DNA from: Tubiluchus corallicola
Lineage: Eukaryota > Animalia > Priapulida
Direction: 5' to 3'
Length of the DNA stretch: 64,000 nt
Assembly: GCA_030141605.1 (NCBI GenBank)
Contig: JAQGDQ010000152.1
Location: 424,957-488,956, forward strand
The position numbers and the translations under genes were made by a program. The notes under the pieces were generated by a model that worked only from the letters and a program-made list of their open reading frames with translations, did not search any database and was not told the DNA's origin. Positions within the stretch are counted from its first letter, which is position 1. Each line of letters begins with the position of its first letter. Below, piece after piece: positions 38,080 to 50,271 of this stretch.

Positions 38080-40819
38080 GTTGTCAGACTGAAAAAGCAG
38101 ACAAACAGTTAAAAAAAAACAAATTGCCATTAAATTTAAAATTATTAAACTCTTTGCTAGCACACTACACAAAGACAATGCGTGGGCTAATAGTGACAAA
38201 AGCCCTAACTGGATTTTTTTGTTTCCATTTTACTGTATGGATGTAATTAGACTAAGTTGGAACCGTGTTACAGAAAAATATGTTTAATTTTAAGCAGTGA
38301 AAGTGCAAAATTACGCATGTACTATTATGGTAGAATGCCAGTAATTTTTTTTTCAGATTTCTGAGGATTAAAAATTCTGGTGTTGTCATTATACCTAAAT
38401 ATTTTACCTTACGAATTATTTGGATTAAGGGTTAAGCTTAGCTCCGCATTAATTTTAATGTAAAAAGAAAGGTTAAGGATGCATTTTCCAAACAAGCATC
38501 AGCAATAATAATGCTTCATTGTTTTCATATTTTAATTACTAACAAAAATTATTATTTGTCACACTAACACCACACTGCTGTAAGGTTTTATATTTACGAG
38601 TACAAAACTACTCAACTTTTATTAATAAAAGAGTAAGCAACTGTGTGCATAAATGTTTCCTCTTTTTTATCCTAATTACTAACGAAAATTATTATTTATC
38701 ATACACCATACTGCTGTGTTAATTTCTATACGAGTGAATATAAAATAGCTTGAAACTTAGTAAGTAATAACTGCAAAATTAACTGTTGTCTGATAAAGAT
38801 GTGGTATAATATGCATTGTTTATAGCTATGTATGTGATGCTGGCTATTCATGAGCTTTCTTTCCTGTAGCACAGAAAATGTTGACAATCCATCTAACTAA
38901 CCAGCATAACCAGCATATGTCACGCAATGGAGTCGTGTATTGATGCACTGAGCTTTTAATTGAACACATTAAATATAAGGATGATTGCAGAATTTCGTGT
39001 TCTGGTTAGCAACAGTCAATTTATAATTAGAAAAGGAAGTGAGCCAAGCTCAATGATCTGGGATCTATGCCACTAACCTTACTCTCACTTGTACGCATGT
39101 GCAGTTAAGCTGGCCCTCGGTGATGAAATCACGCACATTCTTTCTTCATTAGAAATGTTCCAGTACTAGCAGCAGGAGGTCAGCATAAGCGTATCAACAT
39201 ATCACATTATTTATTTAAATTATTCAAGAAAAAATTATTTAAGTAGACTGACACACTAGATTTCATCACAGGTTGCAGTACGTTCACAGCACCGTCTTGC
39301 CTGTTTATACTTCACGGAGGCCTAGACATTAAATATAACGTTTTAGTATAAACGTGCTGAAATTTCTTTCTGCTTTAACACTTTTATATAATACTATTTA
39401 TTTAGTACTTTAATATCTTTATATAACCATTATATGCCGTTCATAGACTTTGACTTCAATAATGCTACTGATTTCGTTCGATACACATGTATTTAAAACA
39501 TCAACGGTTCTAAAATTATTGGCACAGATAAAAATTACGTGATTAATCAGTGCAGTACATTAGCATGCTGACGTCGTGTTTAATAGGAGGCAAGAAAACC
39601 ACAGTAACTGTATTTATAAGTGAAAATTCATGACAGTGTGCACACAGTGGTTAATTTAGTTCGGAAAATATTGATCATTTTGAACATGTTACTAGTTTTT
39701 TCATCTTGTTTAGAAGACGACTGCACTAAGTTTTCCTTATTTATAAAACTCGAAGCAGTGAAGATTATAGATTCTCTAAGAAAGAGTTAAGACAAATAAA
39801 CAGCAAGAACTGTGGAACAAAGACAATACAGTATGCACAGATGTATATTGCATAGCAGTAAAATAGAAGAGATTCCTGGATGAAAACAATAAACCGGAAC
39901 TGCTGTGGCAAGTTGTTTCAACACAAACTTTTAGTGAACTGGTAGGCAGCTTCAAGACAATTTCTCGACCAACCAGCTTCAGGGGAACAAATTTTTTGAT
40001 CACGTTTTCAAAATGTCTGGAAGGGAAAACTTCGTAGATTTGTCAGTATTCCAGAGCATTTAAGTTTTCTTTGAAAACTGATTATATCTACGATGACTGA
40101 GCAGTTTACTGAAAGGCCAGTAAGGAATCAGTCTATTTAGTGTTTACATGGATGACACACAAGCCTTGCGAACAGTAGCCACAAGAAATAATATTAGCAG
40201 AGATAAAAAACTTTGAAACGACGCAACGAAAGTTTAATATCTAATTAATGGATTACGATGATTTACGATTAGTCTGGCCTTGAACCGATGAATTTCGAAT
40301 TTGCGCGTAGTTTTTGTACAAAGCGATGAGTTGACCTCTGCAACACTTTTTGACGTGCAGCATGTGCGCAGCTGCTCATAATTAAGGAAATGCCGACGCA
40401 AATGAAAGCGTTTTTTTTCAGAATTGTAGCCGTTCTTTGCTAGCGTATTAAACGCGGATTTGTTTATTAGAACACATGCCGCAAATAGTCAGACGCATCT
40501 AAAGACGCCCTGTACCATCATGTACATGAGCATGATAGCCTTCGCATCTTTCCACCAAATCAAATCGAACTGTATTTAAAGTCGGGTTTTACATAAACGT
40601 AAAAGACACTAGCTCATGAGAGCTATTAAGCCGACTCATTTAACAAAACAAATCTACTGAAATAAAATAGCGAATTTGGGAAAATGGTGACTCCACGGAT
40701 TAGAAAGTTATAATGTTGGACTTTTGTTGCTCAGTAAACTGTAACTATTGAATCAAAAATGTGTTTATTTCTGGAAAGCAGATACATGAGACGTTACGGA
40801 AAGACTATCGGTTTTTTTA

Positions 40820-41577
40820 ATCATAGTGTATCAGTACATAAGTCTATATCATAGTGTATCAGTACATAAGTCTATATCATAGTGTATCAGTACATAAGTC
40901 TATATCATAGTGTATCAGTACATAAGTCTATATCATAGTGTATTAGTACATAAGTCTATATCATAGTGTATCGGTACATAAGTCTATATCATAGTGTATC
41001 AGTACATAAGTCTGTATCATAGTGTATCAGTACATAAGTCTGTATCATAGTGTATCAGTACATAAGTCTATATCATAGTGTATCAGTACATAAGTCTATA
41101 TCATAGTGTATCAGTACATAAGTCTATATCATAGTGTATCAGTACATAAGTCTATATCATAGTGTATCAGTACATAAGTCTATATCATAGTGTATCAGTA
41201 CATAAGTCTATATCATAGTGTATCAGTACATAAGTCTATATCATAGTGTATCAGTACATAAGTCTATATCATAGTGTATCAGTACATAAGTCTATATCAT
41301 AGTGTATCAGTACATAAGTCTATATCATAGTGTATCAGTACATAAGTCTATATCATAGTGTATCAGTACATAAGTCTATATCATAGTGTATCAGTACATA
41401 AGTCTATATCATAGTGTATCAGTACATAAATCTATATCATAGTGTATCAGTACATAAGTCTATATCATAGTGTATTAGTACATAAGTCTATATCATAGTG
41501 TATCAGTACATAAGTCTATATCATAGTGTATTAGTACATAAGTCTATATCATAGTGTATCAGTACATAAGTCTATAT
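40820..41577. repeat. 28-bp minisatellite (atcatagtgtatcagtacataagtctat), about 27 near-identical copies
   Basis: Period 28 is directly visible; only occasional single substitutions; no spacers. Confidence 0.98.
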
Positions 41578-41719
41578 AAATCGTACAAATTGCGCAAACT
41601 GAGAAAACTGAAGTACAGTATTAAGAAACATTTGGAGCACTATCTCAATGCAATATCTGTGTAAATGGCATCATATTATTCTGATTAGAGTACAGGATTT
41701 AGAATTTTTATTTACTTAT

Positions 41720-42072
41720 ATTAACACTCGCCAACATAAGTAAGGTGTCTAGTCACATCTGTCTGTCTGCCGGTTCATCCACATGATAAAATGAAACAGC
41801 TGAACCGCCAATCTTCAAATTTGAAGCTACAATCTTTAACTTGTCACATTGACACATAAATTTTCATGCCTGGGAACCCACTGATTTTTGTGTCAAGAGG
41901 CCTAAGAAGTCAAGGTCAAGGCAAAAAACGTAAAAAAAATCAAAACGTTGATCGTCAAACTGCCACAGGGATAGGACAAGATGGTCTTAGAATGTCAAAA
42001 TGATACATTTTTGTTCGTAGCAAGAGATTAGCGACTACACATCGAAGTGTGGTCAGTGCCCTCCATCTAGTT
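41720..42072 (+). mobile_element. Possible Helentron/HINE-like non-autonomous element
   Basis: 5' short (ctgt)n microsatellite, internal aaggtcaaggtcaagg, 3' end ctagtt; pattern recognition only. Confidence 0.35.
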
Positions 42073-43156
42073 TCTTCTGAACTTTAATGCTGGGCGACTC
42101 AACAAACTATGAAAAATTATAGGTTCGAGCCCTGCTGAATACTACAGATATAAAAATCGTGATTTTAAAATGATGATAGCGCACGTTTGGATTCCTACTA
42201 AAATAAGACCACTATGAAATAAACGAGCTCTGCAGCAGTTTTTTGCTTGTCTTTCTCAGTCAAACTGCAATTTAAATTTTTGAAGACTGATAAAAATATA
42301 CTTGCTCTGGCTTGTCATCAGCTTCCAAATAATATCTCGCTGCAACGTATAGAAAACTTTGCAAAATCCCTCTGACTCAACCACCCTATGACATACTGAA
42401 GGTCTTCATAAATAGACATTTTTATCCCATTAAAGGGATCTAACTAAGTTCATCTGTTTGCAGTTAAGTGGCTTCAATCAACTTCTGCTGCACCACTTAA
42501 CACATTATTCAAGAAACCTTGATCAATGTACAAAGTTCATAAGTTGTGAAAGCAAACAAGTGTTTTGATGATCTTTAAAAAGGGGAGAACTGAGTTTTGG
42601 AGAGCAAGTCTCCCCTCTTTCTTTGTTGGTTTGGGGCTTTAACAGGTAATCCAGTTGGCTCTTTTGCAGTTTATTTCGGTATGTAATTCCATTTAATTAC
42701 AAAGTACACTGGCATTCAGCCTAAGCATACACAGCAAATTTAGAATCAAATTGCGCATACCACATCATTGTAATTCAACCAGGTGCTTCAGAAGGCACAT
42801 CTGCTACTCACGGAGTCACCGAAGATATCGCTGTGACCACCAAACAAATCAGCTTGGCTCAATAATGATATGGGCCTCTTTTGTTATGTATAAAAAATTC
42901 AACAGATGTACTTTTGTCGGTTCCTTTAACGAGGCTTAAAACTACATTTACAGCTAGACTTGAGGAATAAAACCAGAATTTACCAAATCCGTGAAACTAA
43001 TTATTACATGTGTAATCGCCTGCGTGTTGTAGATCTAACACACTGCAAGCAGTAGCAGGATTGCAATGCTGAAATGCTTAAGGCACACGAGTGCCTTAGA
43101 GAAAAATTGTATACCAGATAAAAACTCTTGGAAAAATGTATTGATCGGGTATCGAA

Positions 43157-43654
43157 CAGTGTTGCCTCGGATACACTTTTTTGCCGGATAGCAAATACCG
43201 GATATCATCGAATGACTTCCGGATTCGGATTATAACCGGATACGTTAGCTAAATTCGGATCGAATATGGATCGGTTTGGATAATGAAAGATTAGTAAATG
43301 TTTGCAAACTTTAGCACGTTCATTTAGTCTGTCAGAAAAAGATTATCATCTTAAAGGACCTTGCCCGAAGATACACCATATTGCCACACACAAATGAAAA
43401 AAGATGTGTGTAAAATTTTCGTCTTGAAAACACTAACATGGGCTAAAACAATCGCTAAGTTTTTTGGTAATATTTTATTTAGTTATTTTTAGATTGTTAA
43501 ATTATTCGAAAACCGTTTTCAATTGTACATTGCAAAAACCAGATAACGAATATTTTCGAATATCAAATTTTTATAACTATCAGATATGAACACTTGTAGA
43601 GTCTTGGGAATATCACCATTTTCGGATACGAATCGGATATCTGAAGCAACACTA
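43157..43654. mobile_element. hAT-like MITE with subterminal cggat(a) repeats
   Basis: TIR cagtgttgcctcggata / tatctgaagcaacacta; 8-bp TSD gtatcgaa / gtattgaa (7 of 8 match). Confidence 0.8.
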
Positions 43655-45658
43655 GTATTGAACAAATGGGAGGAGGTGGTCCTTGGTCCTAGAGCAAATG
43701 GAAGCAGTAAGCACAAATGATGGGATGTTAGCTAAAATCTACCATATATAATGCTTGATATGTCACCTGTCAGCATGTCTGTTTACCAAAATTACGATTA
43801 CGCCCTTAACTGGGAAAATTCTACCCTTTTAAAGTGGTATAATGCTATTGAGTAACAATTAACAATTTGCCAGTCATTCTAGAGTCTGTGTAAAAAGGTA
43901 CAGTCCTGGTCTGTTTTTCCTAACTTTAGATGTTATATGATTTGTCAGCATGTGTCTTTATCTCATACTCTTCTCTTTTAACTTTACCCTGAGATGTTTC
44001 CACGTGGAACTTTATATATCGGCATCATTTGGGTGAATTAAACTAGTAATAAATGTAAAATGGTTTAGAACTTTTAGCACCAACACTGAAGATTTGCACA
44101 TTGCAAGTCCAGGGACTTAAAAATCATTTCAAAAATTTCATGGTTTTATTACTTAGGTGTGACTTACTGGATCTTAATGGAAGCACCCTGGGACAATGTC
44201 TGAAAACCTTTCTTCCTTGCCTGCCATAAGTAAATTGATATTTGTAGGGCATTCGTACACATTAAGCAGAAAATCTATCCTTGCTTTCTGCTTAATGCCA
44301 AAATAACTTGCTTTCTTTCAAAACGAGGTAACGAAAATAATAATGTATCAATGTACAGCAGACTGATAGATGGGTCAGTTTACACATATTTAAGATTTAT
44401 AACACCCTGCAGCTACTGCTAATTGTCTTAAATCAAACAAAATGTTCAAAAACACAAATTATGTAGAATGGTGAATTAAACAATGACAAACTTAAATTAC
44501 AAGCACATATCTTAATTAAATGCCTCTATTAAGTTTTTTGCAAATTTGGATAGGCCGACTGTAAATTTCGTTATACAAAACCTTTGAAAACCATGGGTTT
44601 TGAAAGTAAAATCACTAAACTGTCAAGGCAGTGAAAGCAGCATGCACTAATAGCCAGCATCTAACAGCCAACAAAAAAGATGAAACAAATATTCATTTCT
44701 CTCTATGCGGGAGCATCATACTATATACGTTTGAAAAGCTAAGCAGATGATCAAAACATGTCAAATTCTTACTTGGCATATAGGCAAAACTATAAACATA
44801 AAGAACAAGTTTTAAACTCTTGCTAAGTACAGACTGACAAAGTACTTTTAAGACAGTTGAATGTTGTCCACTGAAACAAAGCAAGTAAACCATATTTTTA
44901 GACATACCCCTGTTTTAGGAACACTGCATTTTATTTGAATATGTTTTCTATGATTACACCACTTACCAGAAGAGTAAATTTTCAAAAAAGAGATATCGCA
45001 GTGTACTCTGAATCATAAATCAGCATAGGTAGGTATAGTTCATCCAGGCAAGCAGTATCATTACGTATTAAATGAGGCCTTTTGAAGATTTTTGTTAGTA
45101 TATTTGCCAGCTTTGTCAGAATTTTCCTCAATTATATAGGTATGACACTTCACCAGCATTAGTACTACACGACGAATTGTCTGGCAGGTCCAATCACTCA
45201 GTATTGCCAGTCCAACACAGGGCAGGTAACAGACTTGTATTGTAGTCAATCGATGCGGATAAATGATTTAATAACAGATATTCATAACACGTGTAATAAA
45301 ATACTTCGTAAATTTTACTTTTACAGTAGTTAATCAAAGGAATTACAAATTTGTCAAAGCAACACACATCATTCATACCGTACAGTTTTACTATAAATAA
45401 AGAACAACCTATGCTATATAACAATTTTATGCCCTTGGGCCGTGATGGCTTACCTGATCACTTTCTGCCATTTAATAAAGACGTAAACTATACAAAAATG
45501 GTACTACATCTGCTGCGAAATCGCTGCGTCATACTAATGCAAAATCACTCAAAATCTGACAGTCATCGTGGAACAGCAATGATTGAAAAATACAGTGAGT
45601 CTTAAAAGTTCATCGTAAATAAATAGAATCAACGTTCTTGTGTTACGTGTTTCATGTC

Positions 45659-45750
45659 ACTTCCGGTGGGAGCGCTGTAGTGCTGTAGCCTCGCGGGAAA
45701 TAGGAAAATAATAGTAAAATCTTTACTACGGAAATTATTGTAGTTTTGAA
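45659..45750. promoter_or_regulatory. Candidate CHK1 promoter: ETS site ACTTCCGG (45659-45666), E2F site GCGGGAAA (45693-45700), CHR-like TTTGAA (45745-45750)
   Basis: Consensus motif matches in a GC-richer patch about 300 bp upstream of the CHK1 ATG; CHK1 is an established E2F target in other animals. Confidence 0.55.
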
Positions 45751-45998
45751 GGCTAAAATCAATTTGAGTACTTTTTCCTTGGTTTGTTTAAAAGTGCTTC
45801 ATTGTGTGTAGCCAAAAATGAATAAAACGCGATGTATACTTCCAGATGGTGAAATCCTAACGTTATAGCCTGTTATAGTAAAATAACTGGAATATTCGAA
45901 CTACCCCATTACATTGAATAGGAATTGCAATACGTTTTTTTGGGTAAGTGAACCATGTTAGTACATTGACTTCACCGTTTCAAAGCAAGTGTGCAGAA

Positions 45999-47480
45999 AT
46001 GGCAAGTCAGATAGGACATGAGGTAGAAGAGTTTGTAGAAGGTTGGGATTTTGTGCAAACACTTGGGGAAGGTGCTTATGGAGATGTAAAACTTGTTATC
46101 AATCGAATGACACAAGAAGCTGTAGCAGTAAAGGTTATCGATCTGTCAAGATTTCCACAAGCTGTGATGGATGTCAAGAAGGAAATAGCCGTGCATCGTA
46201 TGTTAAAACACAAAAATGTAATCCAGTTTTTTGGAAATCGAATAGAAGATAAACTGTATTACATGTTTATTGAGTACGCTGCTGGTGGAGAACTTTTTGA
46301 CAGGATTGAACCTGATGCTGGCATGCCACAGCCTGACGCACAACATTACTTTAGACAACTGCTAGATGGTGTTTCCTATCTGCATGAACTTGGAATAGCA
46401 CACAGAGATATTAAACCTGAAAACCTACTTTTAGATGCAGATAATAATTTGAAAATTACAGACTTTGGTTTGGCAACACTTTTCAGACACCAGGGAAAGG
46501 AACGAAAATTGACAAAGCGCTGTGGAACCTTGCCGTATGTAGCACCAGAGGTTATGAATAACAAAGAATACAGTGCAGAGCCTGCTGATATCTGGAGCTG
46601 TGGAATCGTACTTGTAGCCTTGCTGGCTGGTGAGTTACCATGGGATTACGCTTGTTCTGATAACAAAGAATATCGTGACTGGAGTGACTGTAAAATAATG
46701 TCTACTCCGTGGAATAAAATCAACAATCTGGCGCTATCAATATTGCGTAAGATTTTAATGCCCATTGTGAGTAAACGTGCAACGATTCGGCAAATTCAGA
46801 ATCACGTTTGGTACACGAAAAATTTTCATAAAAATTTACAACACTCGCAGCACTCGTTATCGTCGCCCGAGAATTCAATGAAAAAGTTGTGTTCTGAGAT
46901 GGATGTATCACCATCCGCAAGTCGTTGCCCTAGCAGCCCTACTGAAAGAATGTCCGCATCACAACCAATGTTCCATTCCTCTGATACTACTGATAATGCG
47001 GAAGAGAAACCGCTTATGGACAACCTCCTCCATGGGGCATGCTTTTCACAACCAGTAAGTAAAGCTGAAGACATGTTGCTTAACTCTCAGCTGACTCCGA
47101 CACAGAGTTCACAAACACCACTGCAGAGACTCGTTAAAAGAATGACAAGATTTATCGTCACCACATCGGCAGAGGAAACTGTCGAAAAACTAAAATGCGC
47201 AATCAAACGTCTTGGCTATCATTACAAACAGAATTCTCTAGGCGAAGTTACCATAGAGATGCAAGACAAGAGAAGTGTCAGACTTGTTTTCAAGGCTTGC
47301 CTGCTCGAGATGAACTCACAAATTCTGGTTGATTTTCGCTTGTCGAAGGGAGATGGCATAGAGTTCAAACGGCAGTTTCTTCGTGTGAGGGAGCAAGTGA
47401 AAGACATCATCAACAATAAGGTGCAGTTGCCACTACAAACAGTAACGAACACCGTTTGGTCAGAGGAAGTGAAATGCTGA
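45999..47480 (+). CDS. CHEK1: Checkpoint kinase 1, 493 aa, intronless CDS
   Basis: FVEGWDFVQTLGEGAYGDVKL, EAVAVK, GGELFDRIEPD, HRDIKPENLLLD, DFGLATLFR, CGTLPYVAPE, GELPWD, SQ sites (SASQP, CFSQP), QTPLQRLVKRMTRF and C-terminal KA1 domain (VDFRLSKGDGIEFKRQF). ATG at 45999 chosen over the GTG in the ORF track. Confidence 0.98.
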   Translation: MASQIGHEVEEFVEGWDFVQTLGEGAYGDVKLVINRMTQEAVAVKVIDLSRFPQAVMDVKKEIAVHRMLKHKNVIQFFGNRIEDKLYYMFIEYAAGGELFDRIEPDAGMPQPDAQHYFRQLLDGVSYLHELGIAHRDIKPENLLLDADNNLKITDFGLATLFRHQGKERKLTKRCGTLPYVAPEVMNNKEYSAEPADIWSCGIVLVALLAGELPWDYACSDNKEYRDWSDCKIMSTPWNKINNLALSILRKILMPIVSKRATIRQIQNHVWYTKNFHKNLQHSQHSLSSPENSMKKLCSEMDVSPSASRCPSSPTERMSASQPMFHSSDTTDNAEEKPLMDNLLHGACFSQPVSKAEDMLLNSQLTPTQSSQTPLQRLVKRMTRFIVTTSAEETVEKLKCAIKRLGYHYKQNSLGEVTIEMQDKRSVRLVFKACLLEMNSQILVDFRLSKGDGIEFKRQFLRVREQVKDIINNKVQLPLQTVTNTVWSEEVKC

Positions 47481-50271
47481 GCATTTGGAACTTTGCAGAT
47501 TTCCACGTGTTCTTGAATCATACCGATTCTCTGGTATTTAATTCATACAGCCTACATTAGGTACAGTAAATTGTTACTGATTTGTTATTGTTTTTGTGAG
47601 AAATGATGTTACTGTACAGTATAAAGTTTTCATTATTACCAGGGAAAGTTATCTACAGTTTTTCTGAATGTGATACCATTTCAGATGTCCTGTAGTTACA
47701 GTATTTAATACAGGTTGTGTTCTTAATTGCTTTGCAATGCTCCTGTTCCATACTATGACAAATAGTGGTCAAACGTGGTTAGCTAATTTTTAATATATTT
47801 AAATACACGCGAATAACCTGTATATGTTAACAAAATGCTTCATTATGGTAGGTTTCTCATGTTCTTAAATATGGACTTAGAAACTCACCGTAATAAATAA
47901 CTAAATTAGTGAATAGAAATTTATTATTTGTGTTTGTAAAGATCTTTACGTGTTTATAAAACTGAACTTAGTTGTACTGGGGAGAAAAATCTTAAACTGC
48001 TGGAGTTGTAGTTAGCAAATGTATTGGCATAAAGTGCATTGTTACGTGCAAATATACACTACGGAACTATTTCAGCTGTTGATGTTGCAAAGAGTACATG
48101 TAGAAATGGGCTGCAGCCTGTCACTAAGCAAAATAGAGTAAATATTCTATGTCAAGTACAAGTGCATTGTGCAATACTTTATGTATATAAAATAACAGTG
48201 CGTTTTGGAATTCTGCAATATCAAAGGCATCGTTTGATTATATACACATGCTGATATATTTTACATGCATAATGTATATACATACATTATACAATGGCTG
48301 CAGAAAGTCAAGATGCAAAGCCACATTTATTATAAAAAGATTATAATACTTCTCTTTTTGGCACCACATACTTTATATGATATTGTATAGCTTATGCTGC
48401 TTTCTCTTTTTACTGGCACTGCATGTTTTGTATAGTGTTTACATTTATAATGCTTAGTTGCCTCAACGAGCTAGGAATCGTTGTGTAGCTTTGAACAGAT
48501 ACAAGCAAAAATCTTTGCAGCATTTTACAAACATAGATGCTTTATTAAATGATTATAATTTGATAAATAACACAATATTATGCCTGGGGAATACCCGTCG
48601 TAGTTTCTAATTTACATTTAAAAAAGCTGACAATCACAACAAATATTTTGGCCTCTAAGACTTATTTTTGTAGAATGGTGTAAAACAGTAAAAGTGTACT
48701 AATAAAATATTTCTATCAATTTTTTGATTATAATATTTCTTTCTTGCTGTATAATATTATATAATACATGCATTATGGTAAACACGAAGTAGAAATGGTT
48801 TAACAGAAGTTAGATGTCTACATAAATGCAATTGATGTAAATACGCTCGCAAAAAAAAAAACACAATCTTAATAAACTACATTCAGATCACATGTAAATA
48901 ATGAAAATTTAATACCATCAAAACATGATTTTCACAGCAGTTGTCTACACATACATACTTGGCATTATAGCTGACTGTGAATTAATGACCATGTCTGAAA
49001 TTGCTAATAACCTGATCCTCAAAATACTTCATTTTATAATTCAAAAATGTAAAAAATCATTTGCAAATGAACTGAAGCCTGTATAAAATGATGACAGTTC
49101 TGTTTACTAGTCGGAACATTTCAGCTTCGTAAGAGATATAATAACATCCACATCATGATTTGCAGCTTATCAATAGGCTCATGTTATTAATATGTTAGCA
49201 TGTAGAAATAAATACCTTCTAAAAGAACAAAAGGCTGCTAGATAGAATAATGTATGCCCACCTACAATGCAGTTCATGGTCATAACGACTAATGTAATGT
49301 ATAGTGGAAGTTGAAAAACCAAGGTTTTCTGCTTGGACTGAGTTTTTCCTGCATAATGCAAAGATGCAACAAGCTTTGTACCTATCTACATTCCCAGAAA
49401 AAGCATTGGATGCAATTCAGTCAAACAATAGATACATACATGGTTAACTAAGTGTCCATACTGCAAGTCACACGAACTACATGTAGTATTGTTGTTCCGC
49501 TGATACTTTCCTGCACTGTTTGGCATGTCACTAAATAAATTTGACATCCGCCGAGCCATTATATTATGTATTTTAGCCGCTAATGAAGCAAAGCAGATGG
49601 ACAGACTTGGGCAAATGTTAGATGACAATAATAATCAATGAACATAATAATAGGAGACAGCGACATTGCATGAATAGAAGTAAGAGTATGTTGCTGAATA
49701 ATAGTGAAGCCTAAAGAAAATCCTAAGTGGCTGACAATGTCGAACAAATTCTAAAATTGAACTGAATGTCTGTGAATGAAGCTGATGACTTTTTCTCTTT
49801 TATTCAAGATGTGAGAGTGAAAGCTCCCCACGGGCTGCACCTTACGAAATTGCCACAACCTTTCCCACAGGCTTTCTTTGCTGCTCATTTATTAACACAA
49901 TTTTTCTCAAACTCTTGGTTTGTCATAGATGCTAAATCAGTGATAAAGGAGCTACCACATTTACATTTTAGAAAAGATCATGATTCATAAAATACTAGAA
50001 ACATCGTGAATTGCTGTACTACGAATGTAACTAAACCTGGTCCAATACTGCAATTACCTCATTTGCCAATGCGCACAAGAGTGATAGAGTATGTGGATTT
50101 TGCTTCTAACATAAACAAACGGTAATGGTGCACTTGCAATTAAATATACCATGCAGTCTGATAGTGCAATGTTTCTTTACTCTAATATGAGTATAAATGA
50201 AATATGCATATATATATAGTTTACATGCTTTGTTCAAAAAAGTCATGAGTATTCATTTAATCTATTCAATC

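Noticed and set aside
38089-38199. Hydrophobic signal-peptide-like N-terminus of ORF 37090-38199
   Set aside because: It is intron polypyrimidine tract upstream of the acceptor at 38089-38090.
32905-38246. Short plus-strand ORFs opposite PSME4 as missing Moonraker exons
   Set aside because: They are antisense shadows of a long CDS with no Moonraker-like motifs.
40820-41577. CRISPR array (28-bp repeats)
   Set aside because: Repeats are head-to-tail with no unique spacers, there are no cas genes and the context is eukaryotic.
45948-45998. GTG-initiated N-terminal extension of CHK1 in the ORF track
   Set aside because: Eukaryotic gene; ATG 45999 has a good context and similarity begins just after it.
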